Assembly (NCBI GenBank): GCA_934087065.1
Contig: CAKOIS010000002.1
Coordinates: 11,880 to 75,879, forward strand
Origin: an uncultured Bacilli bacterium
Lineage (GTDB): Bacteria; Bacillota_I; Bacilli_A; RF39; UBA660
Direction: 5' to 3'
Length of the DNA stretch: 64,000 nt
This document shows, one piece after another, positions 47,038-57,837 of this stretch. Position 1 is the first letter of the stretch. The number at the start of each line of letters is the position of its first letter. Made by a program: the position numbers and the translations under genes. Below the pieces are notes generated by a model. It was given only the letters and a program-made list of their open reading frames with translations. It was not told the DNA's origin and did not search any database.

Positions 47038-47064
47038 TTAGCACTTGTAAAGAAAGAGTGCTAA
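47038..47064 (+). promoter_or_regulatory. CIRCE operator (TTAGCACTT-N9-GAGTGCTAA), the HrcA binding site
   Basis: Exact match to the CIRCE 9-N9-9 inverted repeat between the promoter and the hrcA RBS. A degenerate second half-site-like copy (ttagcactt...tttgctaa) lies at 46991-47017. Confidence 0.85.
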
Positions 47065-47074
47065 GGAGGTAAAT

Positions 47075-48082
47075 ATGTTAAGCGAAAGACAAGCATTACT
47101 TTTAAAAGAGATATGTAGTGAATATATAAAAACTGCTCATCCTATTGGAAGTAAGGCGTTAACTAAAAAGTTTAAGTGTTCTAGTGCAACATTAAGAAAT
47201 GACATGATGTTACTAGAAAGCATGGGATACTTAGAAAAGCAACATATTTCTTCTGGACGTATTCCTAGTGAAAAGGGATATCGTTATTATGTAGACCATT
47301 TAATGGAGCCTAAGAAAATAAGTGGAAGTGATATGTTAAAACTTCAAACAATATTTTCAAATAGGGAGTTAGACCTAAACGATGCAATAACAAAAAGTTT
47401 AGAGATAATTAGTGATATAACTAACTATACATCTGTAGTACTTGGTTCTGCTTCTAAAGAGAATAATCTAGAGAAAGTAGAAGTAATACCTATTACAGAT
47501 AATAGACTTATTGCAATAGTCGTAACTGATAAAGGACATGTTGAAAATAAGATAATTAACTTGGAAGAAAGCGTTGAAGCAAAAGAAGTTAGTAAAACAA
47601 GTGAGTTATTAAACAAGATGTTAAAGGGTACTCCAATAAGTGAAGTAAGTGCTAAATTAGAGTTTGAAATAAAGCCTATAATTGGTAACTACGTTAAGAA
47701 CTATGAAGTTTTATATAATGCGTTTTATGAAGCACTAAGTAATTTTCAAAATGAAAAAGATGTTCATTGGGAAGGTAAAAGCAATATATTAAAACAACCA
47801 GAATTTAGTACAGTTGATGATGTTAAAAATATCATTAGTAAATTTGAAAACAAAGAATTAGTAAGTAAAATTGAAGAAACTGATGATGAGGTTAAGGTAT
47901 ATATTGGTACAGAAACTTCACTAGATGATAACGTTACTGTTATTAAAACTAAGTATAAAGCACTTGGTAAAGTTGGAACTCTTGCAATAATCGGGCCTAA
48001 GAGAATGGACTATGAAAGAGTATTAAACTTACTTGAATATATAAAAAGTGAGATAGAAAAGAAAGGTGGCAGTAATGAATAA
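47075..48082 (+). CDS. hrcA: heat-inducible transcription repressor HrcA
   Basis: N-terminal winged helix (ERQALLLKEICSEYIKTAHPIGSKAL). 335 aa. First gene of the CIRCE-controlled operon. Confidence 0.85.
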   Translation: MLSERQALLLKEICSEYIKTAHPIGSKALTKKFKCSSATLRNDMMLLESMGYLEKQHISSGRIPSEKGYRYYVDHLMEPKKISGSDMLKLQTIFSNRELDLNDAITKSLEIISDITNYTSVVLGSASKENNLEKVEVIPITDNRLIAIVVTDKGHVENKIINLEESVEAKEVSKTSELLNKMLKGTPISEVSAKLEFEIKPIIGNYVKNYEVLYNAFYEALSNFQNEKDVHWEGKSNILKQPEFSTVDDVKNIISKFENKELVSKIEETDDEVKVYIGTETSLDDNVTVIKTKYKALGKVGTLAIIGPKRMDYERVLNLLEYIKSEIEKKGGSNE

Positions 48083-48587
48083 CGAGAGTAAAAAGAGTAA
48101 ACCTAAAAAAGAAAACAAAAATGAAAAACTGTATAATGAAATAAATGAACTTAAAGAAAAGGTTAGTTTATTAGAAGATAAAAACAAAAGAACTCAAGCA
48201 GAATTCATTAATTATATGACAAGAACTGATAAAGAAAAAGCAAGTCTCTTAAAATATGATGGAGAAAAGCTAATTAAAAAGATCTTAGATGTAACTGATG
48301 ACTTTGAACGAGCAATAATGATGGATGATAATGATTTATCTGATGAAGTGAGTAATTTCTTAAAAGGTTTTAAAATGATTTATACAAGACTTATTGGTTT
48401 ACTAGATGAAATGGAAGTAAAACCAATTGATGTTGAAGGTAAAGAGTTTGACCCTAGTATTTCTGAAGCAGTACTAACTGAACATGATGAAACTAAACCT
48501 GAAAATGTAGTTTTAGAAGTATTAAAGAAAGGATATACTTATAAGGATAAACTTGTAAGGCCAGCAATGGTAAAGGTAAATAAGTAA
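48066..48587 (+). CDS. grpE: nucleotide exchange factor GrpE
   Basis: Coiled-coil N-terminus. C-terminal GrpE core (KGFKMIYTRLIGLLDEMEVKPI...VLKKGYTYKDKLVRPAMVKV). Confidence 0.85.
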   Translation: MAVMNNESKKSKPKKENKNEKLYNEINELKEKVSLLEDKNKRTQAEFINYMTRTDKEKASLLKYDGEKLIKKILDVTDDFERAIMMDDNDLSDEVSNFLKGFKMIYTRLIGLLDEMEVKPIDVEGKEFDPSISEAVLTEHDETKPENVVLEVLKKGYTYKDKLVRPAMVKVNK

Positions 48588-48871
48588 TGGACAAAAAAGA
48601 CATTATGAGAACTCTGTTGTTTCCTGAGTTTGTTAAAAATTCTTGTTTAATAGAAGATATTAATAAAGATAATAATGATTTTGATAAGCTATATAGTAAT
48701 GCAAAATTAGATTTAATGGTGTATGTTGTATGCTTAGAAAATGATGGTAAAACAGATGAAGAAATAATAGAAGAAGTAACTAGTTATAATAAGAGTAAAC
48801 ATTTTAATGGTTTAGATGAAATAACTAGAACTAATTTAATTAAAAGTACATTAAAAACACTTAAGAGGTAG
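48587..48871 (+). CDS. hypothetical protein (94 aa) inserted in the heat-shock operon
   Basis: Start overlaps the grpE stop (TAATG). No recognised motif. Confidence 0.45.
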   Translation: MDKKDIMRTLLFPEFVKNSCLIEDINKDNNDFDKLYSNAKLDLMVYVVCLENDGKTDEEIIEEVTSYNKSKHFNGLDEITRTNLIKSTLKTLKR

Positions 48872-48874
48872 TTT

Positions 48875-49162
48875 ATGGATAATATTTATAAGTTTTTATT
48901 GTTTGGTGGTATGATTGGTCCTTATACAATGAGTATAGAAGAGTTATACTACTTAAATAAAGATGAAGTAAGAGACATGAGTATAGGGTTACTTCTTGAA
49001 ATGAGAGAACTTAAAAATAACGGATATACTATGGATGAAATACTTAAACTTATTGAAGAATGTTTTCCATTAAAAGACTTTAAAAGTGATGAAAGCGACT
49101 TTTTAAAGAAAGACGCGATAAAAAATTTAAAAATAATATATAGAAAAGAGAGGAATGATTAA
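48875..49162 (+). CDS. hypothetical protein (95 aa) inserted in the heat-shock operon
   Basis: Lies 3 nt after the previous ORF and 2 nt before dnaK, so it is translationally coupled. Confidence 0.45.
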   Translation: MDNIYKFLLFGGMIGPYTMSIEELYYLNKDEVRDMSIGLLLEMRELKNNGYTMDEILKLIEECFPLKDFKSDESDFLKKDAIKNLKIIYRKERND

Positions 49163-49164
49163 TT

Positions 49165-50997
49165 ATGAGTAAAATTATAGGAATAGACCTTGGTACTACA
49201 AACTCATGTGTTGCAGTATTAGAAGGTGGTAAAGCAAGCGTTATTACAAACGCTGAAGGAGAAAGAACTACACCAAGTGTAGTAAGTTATAAGAATGGAG
49301 AAATTAAAGTAGGTACTGTTGCTAAAAACGAAGCTATTACTAGTAGTGACGTTGTAAGAAGTAACAAGAGATATATAGGAACAGACCATAAATTCCATGT
49401 AAATGGAAAAGATGTAACATCAGTAGAAGTAAGTGCCCAAATTCTTATGAAATTAAAGAAAGATGCTGAAGCTTATTTAAATGATAAAGTTACAAAAGCA
49501 GTTATTACTGTTCCAGCATACTTTAATGATGCACAAAGACAAGCTACAAAAGACGCTGGTAAAGTAGCAGGCTTAGAAGTAGAAAGAATAATAAACGAGC
49601 CTACAGCTGCTGCTATTGCTTATGGAATTGACAAACAAGACAAGAATCAAAAGATATTAGTATACGATTTAGGTGGAGGAACATTCGATGTATCTGTTCT
49701 AGAAATAGGTGATGGAGTGTATGAAGTACTTGCTACAGCTGGTAATAATAAACTAGGAGGAGACGATTTCGACCAAAGAGTAATTGATTACTTAGTAGAA
49801 GAATTCAAAAAAGCAAATGGAATAGATTTAAGTACAGATAAACTAGCTCTTCAAAGATTAAAAGATGCTGCAGAGAAAGCTAAGAAAGACTTAAGTAGTG
49901 CTGTTACAACTAATATTAGTTTACCATTTATTACACAAGGTGCTAATGGTCCACTACATTTAGATGTTACATTAACAAGAGCTAAATTTGAAGATTTAAT
50001 TAGAGATTTAGTAGAAAGTACAACTAAACAAGTAAAAGATGCTTTAAAAGAAGCTAACCTTAGTTCAAGTGACTTAGATAAAGTATTACTTGTAGGTGGT
50101 TCAACACGTATTCCATGTGTACAAGAACTTGTTAAACGTGAAACTGGTAAAGAACCAAGTAAAGAAGTTAATCCAGATGAAGTAGTTGCAATGGGTGCTG
50201 CTATACAAGGTGGAGTTTTAACTGGTGAAGTTGAAGACTTAGTACTACTTGATGTTACACCACTAAGTTTAGGTATTGAGACACTTGGTAATGTGATGAC
50301 TGTATTAATTCCAAGAAATACAACAATTCCAACAACAAAGAGTCAAGTATTTAGTACAGCCGTAGATAATCAACCTGCAGTAGATATTCATATCTTACAA
50401 GGTGAAAGACCAATGGCAGCTGATAATAAAACTCTTGGAAGATTCCAACTTTCAGATATCCCACCAGCACCAAGAGGTGTACCACAAATTGAAGTATCAT
50501 TTGATATAGATGCTAACGGAATAGTTAATGTTAAAGCAAAAGATTTAGGTACAAATAAAGAACAAAAGATAACTATTACTTCAAGTACTAACCTTACTGA
50601 AGAAGAAATAGATAAGATGATGAAAGAAGCTGAAGCAAATAAAGAAGCAGATGCTAAACGTAAAGAAGAAGCTGAAGTTAAAAATGAAACTGAACAAATG
50701 ATATTTACTGCTGAAAAAGCTATTAAAGATTTAGGGGATAAAGTAACTGAAAGTGAAAAAACTGAAATTAATGAGTTAATAGATGCTGCTAAGAAAGCTA
50801 TGGAAGGCTTAAACGTTGAAGAAATCAAAGCTGCAAAAGACAAACTTGCTGAAAAGGCTATGGCATTAAGTTCTAGAGTATATGAGGAAGCTGCTAAAGC
50901 ACAACAAGCACAAGCTGGAAATAATGCTGAACAAACAACTAGCGAAAATACAAGTAAAGACGACAATATAAAAGAAGCAAACTTTGAAGAAAAATAA
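49165..50997 (+). CDS. dnaK: molecular chaperone DnaK (Hsp70)
   Basis: [24 protein letters not shown] and [11 protein letters not shown] signatures. 610 aa. Confidence 0.95.
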   Translation: MSKIIGIDLGTTNSCVAVLEGGKASVITNAEGERTTPSVVSYKNGEIKVGTVAKNEAITSSDVVRSNKRYIGTDHKFHVNGKDVTSVEVSAQILMKLKKDAEAYLNDKVTKAVITVPAYFNDAQRQATKDAGKVAGLEVERIINEPTAAAIAYGIDKQDKNQKILVYDLGGGTFDVSVLEIGDGVYEVLATAGNNKLGGDDFDQRVIDYLVEEFKKANGIDLSTDKLALQRLKDAAEKAKKDLSSAVTTNISLPFITQGANGPLHLDVTLTRAKFEDLIRDLVESTTKQVKDALKEANLSSSDLDKVLLVGGSTRIPCVQELVKRETGKEPSKEVNPDEVVAMGAAIQGGVLTGEVEDLVLLDVTPLSLGIETLGNVMTVLIPRNTTIPTTKSQVFSTAVDNQPAVDIHILQGERPMAADNKTLGRFQLSDIPPAPRGVPQIEVSFDIDANGIVNVKAKDLGTNKEQKITITSSTNLTEEEIDKMMKEAEANKEADAKRKEEAEVKNETEQMIFTAEKAIKDLGDKVTESEKTEINELIDAAKKAMEGLNVEEIKAAKDKLAEKAMALSSRVYEEAAKAQQAQAGNNAEQTTSENTSKDDNIKEANFEEK

Positions 50998-51059
50998 TTA
51001 TTGAAAGTAGGCTAGTAAAATAACTAGTCTACTTATTCTTGAATAAAGAAGGAGTACGT

Positions 51060-52190
51060 ATGAATAAAAGAGATTACTATGAAGTATTAGGTGTTAGTAA
51101 AGATGCTTCAGCTGACGAAATTAAAAGTGCTTTTAGACGTCTTGCAAAAAAATACCATCCAGATGTATGTAAAGAAGAAGGTGGCGCTGAAAAGTTTAAA
51201 GAAGCACAAGAAGCTTATGCAGTATTAAGTAACCCTACAGAAAGAGCAAAATATGATAAATACGGCTTTAATGCATTTGATAACCCAGGAGCTAATGGAG
51301 GTCGTGGTGGATACGATTTTAGTGGTTTTGATTTTTCAGATATATTTGAAGATATGTTTGGAGGAAGAGACTTCTCTTCATTTAGCTGGGGAGACTTATT
51401 TGGTGGAAGCTCTAGAGCAGATAGACCATCACATGGTAGCGACTTACTTTATAGCATGAAAGTTGACTTTATGGAAGCAGCTCTTGGTACTAAAAAAGAC
51501 ATAACTTTAGATGTAGTTGAAAATTGTCCTGATTGTAACGGCATAGGTGGGTTTGATAAAACTACTTGTCCAGACTGTGGTGGTAAAGGAGTAGTAAACA
51601 AAACTCAAACTTCACTTTTCGGTCAAATCATGACAAGAGTGACATGTTCTACTTGTGGTGGTAAAGGATATACTTTCAAAACTAAATGTAAAGCATGTGG
51701 TGGTAAAGGAAGATACAAACAAAGAAAAACATATACTGTTGAAGTTCCAAAAGGCGTTGATACTGGAGACAGAGTTCGTATGAGTGGTAAAGGCGAGCCT
51801 GGTAAAAATGGCGGAGCTAATGGAGACTTATATATTGAGTTTACAGTTTCAGATAGTTCTCTATACAAAAGAGAAAAAGACGACTTATATATGGATGTAC
51901 CAGTTACTATTACTGAACTTGTTTTAGGCGGAAAGAAAACTATTAAAACACTTGACGGGGAAATAGAACTTAAAATACCATCAGGTAGTCAAACAGGAGA
52001 TGTGTTAAGAGCTAAAGGAAAAGGTATGACTAACGTAAGAACTGGCCGAGTAGGAGACTTATATTTAGTGCTTAACTTATATTTGCCAACTAAACTTACA
52101 AGAGAGCAAAAAGATTTATTTGAAGAATTAGCTAAAACAGATTTAACTAATAATGATGCTTTTAAAAAATTTGATAAAATGAATAGGTAA
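51060..52190 (+). CDS. dnaJ: molecular chaperone DnaJ (start moved to the ATG at 51060 after RBS aaggag)
   Basis: J-domain with HPD (KYHPDV). G/F-rich region. Four CxxCxGxG zinc-finger repeats. Confidence 0.9.
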   Translation: MNKRDYYEVLGVSKDASADEIKSAFRRLAKKYHPDVCKEEGGAEKFKEAQEAYAVLSNPTERAKYDKYGFNAFDNPGANGGRGGYDFSGFDFSDIFEDMFGGRDFSSFSWGDLFGGSSRADRPSHGSDLLYSMKVDFMEAALGTKKDITLDVVENCPDCNGIGGFDKTTCPDCGGKGVVNKTQTSLFGQIMTRVTCSTCGGKGYTFKTKCKACGGKGRYKQRKTYTVEVPKGVDTGDRVRMSGKGEPGKNGGANGDLYIEFTVSDSSLYKREKDDLYMDVPVTITELVLGGKKTIKTLDGEIELKIPSGSQTGDVLRAKGKGMTNVRTGRVGDLYLVLNLYLPTKLTREQKDLFEELAKTDLTNNDAFKKFDKMNR

Positions 52191-52340
52191 ATTTTAATGT
52201 TTACCTATTTATTTTTAAGGTTGTGCATAAATGATTGAGTATAATTGTATTTATTTAGTTACCTAGTATAAACTTAGATAAATGTCAATACTTTTATTTA
52301 AGTTTTTTAATTGTTATAATAGTTAAGAAGGTGTATTAGT

Positions 52341-55300
52341 ATGGATAGTAAATTGGTGAGGTTTTTTAATAAGATTGGACTTAAAGAAGAAGAGTATTCT
52401 TGTTTTAGTGGTGCTAAACTAGAGAATGTTATAGTAGACAACAACGACCAAAGTTGGTCTTTATATATCAGTTTAGACAAAATGATAGATGTTAATACTT
52501 TTAATTTATTATGCACTAAAAGTGAAAACATTAAAGAAACTAGAAGAATATACTTCATTTTTAAACATGCTACAGATGAATATATTAACGATTACGTTAA
52601 TTACATATTTAAAATATATCAAGAAAAATGTCCTATGTTAAGTGGAGTATCAAATGAAGATATAACTATAAATGAAAACATAATAAATATTAAAGTAACG
52701 AGTAAAAGTGAAGAAGAAAAGATAAATACTATAAAACCTAAACTAATTGAATTCATGAGTAGGATGGGATACCTTAATTTGAAATTAGTGCCTATACTAG
52801 ACGAAGAAAAGCAAAAAGAAGTAACAGAAATGCTTAAGCAAAAAGACTATAAAATGGAAGAAGTGAACATTGGCAAAAAAGAAAGTACATTAATAATTGG
52901 TAACGAAATAAAAGGAAAACCGCTTGAACTTAAAAACATAATTGCTGAAATGAGTGACGTTGTAGTTGAAGTGTTTGTTTTTGGTGTAGAACTTAAGGAA
53001 ACTGCTAAAGGTTTCAACATAATTACATATAAAATAAGTGATTACTCTGATAGTTTGTTTGCAAAAATATTTACTAAAGATAAAGAAATTACTAAGACTT
53101 TAATGAAAAGGGTTACTGAAAGCTCTTGGTATAAAATGAGAGGTTATGTTAAAAATGATAGTTTTTCAGGAGAGTTAGTGTTTAATATAAGAGATATTGA
53201 AACGTTTGATAGAAATACTGTTAAAAGGGTAGATGAAGCAGAAGTTAAAAGAGTGGAGTTACACTGTCATACTACTATGAGTCAAATGGACGGTTTAATT
53301 GAGCCTAAGAAATTACTTAAAAAAGTAAGAAGTTTAGGTATGAGGGGTATTGGTATAACTGATAAAAATGGTATACAATGTTTTCCTAAAGTATATAAAG
53401 CTAAAGAAGACTTGGAAGTATATTTTGGTGTAGAACTTTTTGTAGTAGATGATGAAGTGTTAATAATAAATAAAGATAGTGATTATCCACTACTAGAGAG
53501 TACATACGTTGTATTTGATACAGAAACAACCGGTTTTAATGCTGCAGCTGGAGACCAAATGATAGAAATAGGTGCTGTTAAAATTAAAAATGGTGAAATT
53601 ATTGATAGATTTGATGAATTAATTAATCCTGGAATTAATTTAAGAAGTGAAATAGTTAATTTAACTAATATAACTGATGAGATGTTAAAGGATAAAGATA
53701 ATGAAGAAAATGTAACTAAGAGATTTAAAGAATGGATTAGTGACTTACCTATGGTCGCACAAAATGCTAGATTTGATATATCATTTATGGAAAGTGCTTA
53801 TAAAAAGTATAATTTAGGGGAATTTTCTAATGTAGTAATTGATACTATGGAAATAAGTAAAGCACAAAACCCTGATAGTGCAAAACATAATTTAACAGCA
53901 TTATCTAAAAGATATGGAGTACATTTTGATGAGTCAGGCCATCACCGTGCAGACTATGATGCTGAAGGGACAGCGTTAGTATTCTGGAAAATGATAGCTA
54001 ATTTAGGAAGTAACTATAAAACAATAAGTGATTTAAGAAATATGGTTGATCCAACTTTAGCTTTTAAAAATAATAGACCTTACCATTTAACTTGTTATGC
54101 AATTAATAATATAGGACTTAGAAATATGTTTCAAATAATAAGTTATGCTACAACTGAGTATTTCTATAAAACTCCTAGAACACCTAAAAGTTTGCTTAAT
54201 AAATTTAGAGATGGATTGATATTAGGTTCAGGGTGTGTGTTTGGTGAAGTATTTGAAGCAGCTAAGAGAAATACTGAAGAAGAGTTAATGGAAATTATGA
54301 AGTATTATGACTTTATAGAAATAAATCCACCTAGTATAATGGAATTTTTAGTTGAAAGTGGAGAAGTGTCTAGTAAGAGTGACTTGTATGCTTTAATTAA
54401 TAAGATTATAAGATGTGCTGATAAAATAGGAAAAATGGTTGTAGCAACGGGAGACGTGCATACACTTGACCCGGAAGACAATATATATAGAGAAATACTT
54501 GTTAGAACTAAACAAGCAGGAGGAGGATTACATCCCTTAAATAAACCTAGTATTAAAACTATACCTAATGCATACTTAATGACTACTAATGAAATGTTAA
54601 AAGAGTTTGACTTTTTACCTGAAGAAAAGGCTTATGAAATAGTAGTAACTAACTCTAATAAAGTTGCTGATATGTTTGGTACAGTAGAAATTGTCAAACC
54701 TGGACTTAACCCACCTAGAATGGAAAACTCAGTTCAAATAATAAAAGATACAGTTTATGGAAATGCTCATAGGTTGTATGGAAAAGAGCTTCCTGAGATA
54801 ATCGCAACAAGACTTGATAAAGAGCTTACCGGTATTATAAATGGTGGATACGATGTTATTTATTTGATCGCACAAAGACTAGTTGAAAACTCAAATGCAC
54901 ATGGTTATATAGTAGGATCTCGTGGTAGTGTAGGATCATCGTTGGTTGCAACATTCTGTGGTATTACTGAAGTTAATCCACTTCCTCCACATTATGTGTG
55001 TCCTAATTGTAAAAAGAGTTTATTTAATATAGACGGAGTTCCATTAGTAAACGACTATGACTCTGGTTTTGACCTTCCAGAAAGAACTTGCGAATGTGGT
55101 ACTCTTATGAAAAGACAAGGACAAAATATTCCATTTGAAACATTCTTAGGATTTAATGCTGATAAAACACCAGATATAGACCTTAACTTTAGTGGAGAAT
55201 ATCAAGCTGAAGCTCATAACTATACAAAAGTATTGTTTGGTGAAAAGAATGTATATCGTGCTGGAACGGTTTCAACTATTGCTGAAAAAACAGCATATGG

Positions 55301-56621
55301 TTTTGTTAAAGGGTATGCTGAAGACAAAGGTATTACTATGAGAAGATGTGAAATTGAACGTCTTGCAAAAGGTATTACAGGTATTAAAAGAACTAGTGGA
55401 CAACACCCTGGAGGAATTATTGTTATACCTGACTATAAAGATGTATTTGATTTTACACCATACCAATATCCTGCTGAAAATACAGAAGCAGCTTGGTTTA
55501 CAACACACTTTGAGTTCCATGATATTGAAGAAAACGTACTTAAACTAGATATACTTGGACACGATGATCCGACTGTATTAAAGTATTTAAGTGACGATGT
55601 TAAAATAGATATAAATGATATACCATTAGATGATAGAGGAGTAATAAGCTTGTTTAATAGTCCTGAAGCCTTAGGAGTTACTAGAGAACAAATTAAATGT
55701 TACTCTGGCACTCTTGGTGTACCAGAATTTGGTACAAACTTTGTAATAAACATGCTTCAAGAAATTAAGCCACAGAAGTTTGCAGACTTAATTAAGATAT
55801 CAGGATTATCTCATGGTACTGATGTTTGGAATGGTAATGCTAGAGACTTAATACTTGATGGAACTTGCGAATTTTCTAAAGTAATTGGGTGTCGTGATGA
55901 TATAATGAACTACTTTATATCTTGTGGAATTGATAAAGGCAAATCATTTAAAATGAGTGAGTTTATTCGTAAAGGTAAAGTAGGAAAAGAACCTGAAAAA
56001 TGGGTTGAATATAAGGCCCTTCTTAATGAGCATAAAGTACCAGAGTGGTATATCAAGTCTTGTGAAAAAATTAAGTACATGTTTCCTAAAGCTCATGCTG
56101 CTGCTTATGTTATCAATGGTATAAGAGTTGCTTGGTTTAAGTTGTATCATCCAATATATTACTATAGAGTCTACCTAAGTATTCGTGAGCATTCATTTGA
56201 TATAAATGCAATGAAAAATGGTTTAAACTCTGTAAAAGCACAAATAGAACTTTTAGAGAGCAAAGGATTTGATAGATCTAACAAAGAAGAAGATACATTA
56301 TCAAGTTTATATATGTGTAACGAAATGATAGAAAGAGGTTTCTATTTTACAAATATTAGTATTACTGAAAGTGATGCTTTGATGTTTAAAGTTACACCTG
56401 ATAAAAAAGGACTTATTCCACCATTTATAGCGCTTGATGGAATGGGAGATGTTGCTGCAAAGAAAATTGTTGAAGAAAGAAATAAAGGCGCTTTTGTAAG
56501 TATTGAAGATTTACAGATGAGAGGCAAAGTCAGTCAAGCATTAATTGATAAACTTAGGGGACTTGGTGCACTTGATGATATGCCTGAGAGCAGCCAATTA
56601 TCTCTTGACTTATTCATGTAG
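52341..56621 (+). CDS. polC: DNA polymerase III PolC-type (Gram-positive replicative polymerase)
   Basis: 1426 aa. PHP domain, DEDD 3'-5' exonuclease (YVVFDTETTG), and PolIII alpha core with its zinc module. Confidence 0.95.
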   Translation: MDSKLVRFFNKIGLKEEEYSCFSGAKLENVIVDNNDQSWSLYISLDKMIDVNTFNLLCTKSENIKETRRIYFIFKHATDEYINDYVNYIFKIYQEKCPMLSGVSNEDITINENIINIKVTSKSEEEKINTIKPKLIEFMSRMGYLNLKLVPILDEEKQKEVTEMLKQKDYKMEEVNIGKKESTLIIGNEIKGKPLELKNIIAEMSDVVVEVFVFGVELKETAKGFNIITYKISDYSDSLFAKIFTKDKEITKTLMKRVTESSWYKMRGYVKNDSFSGELVFNIRDIETFDRNTVKRVDEAEVKRVELHCHTTMSQMDGLIEPKKLLKKVRSLGMRGIGITDKNGIQCFPKVYKAKEDLEVYFGVELFVVDDEVLIINKDSDYPLLESTYVVFDTETTGFNAAAGDQMIEIGAVKIKNGEIIDRFDELINPGINLRSEIVNLTNITDEMLKDKDNEENVTKRFKEWISDLPMVAQNARFDISFMESAYKKYNLGEFSNVVIDTMEISKAQNPDSAKHNLTALSKRYGVHFDESGHHRADYDAEGTALVFWKMIANLGSNYKTISDLRNMVDPTLAFKNNRPYHLTCYAINNIGLRNMFQIISYATTEYFYKTPRTPKSLLNKFRDGLILGSGCVFGEVFEAAKRNTEEELMEIMKYYDFIEINPPSIMEFLVESGEVSSKSDLYALINKIIRCADKIGKMVVATGDVHTLDPEDNIYREILVRTKQAGGGLHPLNKPSIKTIPNAYLMTTNEMLKEFDFLPEEKAYEIVVTNSNKVADMFGTVEIVKPGLNPPRMENSVQIIKDTVYGNAHRLYGKELPEIIATRLDKELTGIINGGYDVIYLIAQRLVENSNAHGYIVGSRGSVGSSLVATFCGITEVNPLPPHYVCPNCKKSLFNIDGVPLVNDYDSGFDLPERTCECGTLMKRQGQNIPFETFLGFNADKTPDIDLNFSGEYQAEAHNYTKVLFGEKNVYRAGTVSTIAEKTAYGFVKGYAEDKGITMRRCEIERLAKGITGIKRTSGQHPGGIIVIPDYKDVFDFTPYQYPAENTEAAWFTTHFEFHDIEENVLKLDILGHDDPTVLKYLSDDVKIDINDIPLDDRGVISLFNSPEALGVTREQIKCYSGTLGVPEFGTNFVINMLQEIKPQKFADLIKISGLSHGTDVWNGNARDLILDGTCEFSKVIGCRDDIMNYFISCGIDKGKSFKMSEFIRKGKVGKEPEKWVEYKALLNEHKVPEWYIKSCEKIKYMFPKAHAAAYVINGIRVAWFKLYHPIYYYRVYLSIREHSFDINAMKNGLNSVKAQIELLESKGFDRSNKEEDTLSSLYMCNEMIERGFYFTNISITESDALMFKVTPDKKGLIPPFIALDGMGDVAAKKIVEERNKGAFVSIEDLQMRGKVSQALIDKLRGLGALDDMPESSQLSLDLFM

Positions 56622-56643
56622 TTTGTGCTACAATTCTTACATA

Positions 56644-56684
56644 AGAAGTGGTCCCGCCGTTAATCGGAGGGGTCACTTCTTTTA
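56644..56684 (+). terminator. GC-rich imperfect hairpin terminator after polC
   Basis: agaagtggtcccgccg ttaat cggaggggtcacttcttttaaa. Confidence 0.5.
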
Positions 56685-56794
56685 AATTGTATTTTTATAA
56701 TTAAAGTAAGGCACCTTATGAAAAAATTAAAAACATCACTATTGACAAACAAATGTGTTTGGTGTAAAATTATATATAGGTGGAGGTGAAGAGA

Positions 56795-57730
56795 ATGTTT
56801 TATATTCTATATGGAGAAAACGCAGTGATGTTAGATGACTTTATAGAAGAGTTAATGAAGAGTAAAGATATTTCTGATAAGATAGTATATGATTATAATG
56901 AAAGTAATATTAAAGATGTAATAGAAGAGTGTTCATATAATGATTTATTTGGTTCAAAGAAAATGGTAGTATTAGATAACTCCGTATTTTTAACAAGTAA
57001 AGGTAGTTTAGAAGATAAAGCATTTGATAGTTATATATCATCTCCAAATGAAAACACTGTACTAGTGTTTAAAGTGATATGTGAAAAGTTAGATGAAAGA
57101 AAGAAATTAGTAAAAGATTTAAAAAGTAAAAGTATAGTAAAAGAGTTTAAAGATTTAGATAAGACCAATATAAATGGGTATATAAATAGTTATTTTACAA
57201 ATTTAGGTTATAAAATTGAGTATAATGCAGTTAGTGAAATTATTAGTAGAATTGGAGAAACTAGAAGAGCATTATATAGTGAACTAGAAAAACTAGAACT
57301 ATATAAAATTAAAGATAAACACATAACTATAGAAGATGTTAAAAAGGTAGTTACTAAATATGAAGAAGATAATATTTTTAAATTAGTAGACGCAGTTATA
57401 CAAAGAGACAAAAAGCTTATATTTAATACGTATAAGAAATTAGTTGATGATAAAGAAGAACCAGCAGTAATAATAAGTTTGCTAGCTAACAATATCATGC
57501 TTATTCTAGAATGTTCTATTCTTACTAAAGAAGGAATGAGTAGTAAAGATATTGCTAGTAAACTAAAAGAACACCCTTATAGAGTTGGCCTAGCAATAAA
57601 TAATAGTTATAAGGTTAAAAAGGAAGAATTAATTGATAATCTAAACAAATTAGCAGAATTAGATTATCAAATAAAAACTGGTGAAGTAGATAGATTTAAA
57701 GGACTTGAAGCCTACTTCATAAATCTGTAG
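56795..57730 (+). CDS. holA: DNA polymerase III delta subunit (HolA-like); start moved to the ATG at 56795 after RBS ggaggtg
   Basis: N-terminus YILYGENAVMLDDFIEEL with the overall ~310-aa delta architecture. Positioned near polC. Confidence 0.55.
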   Translation: MFYILYGENAVMLDDFIEELMKSKDISDKIVYDYNESNIKDVIEECSYNDLFGSKKMVVLDNSVFLTSKGSLEDKAFDSYISSPNENTVLVFKVICEKLDERKKLVKDLKSKSIVKEFKDLDKTNINGYINSYFTNLGYKIEYNAVSEIISRIGETRRALYSELEKLELYKIKDKHITIEDVKKVVTKYEEDNIFKLVDAVIQRDKKLIFNTYKKLVDDKEEPAVIISLLANNIMLILECSILTKEGMSSKDIASKLKEHPYRVGLAINNSYKVKKEELIDNLNKLAELDYQIKTGEVDRFKGLEAYFINL

Positions 57731-57837
57731 TGTAGCTTAAAAAATACGAGTAAAAATTTTCATTAAAAAAACTTAAAAAAGGGTAGACAAAAGTTTAAAA
57801 ACTCATTATAATAATAAGCCATACGGAGGTGAAATAC

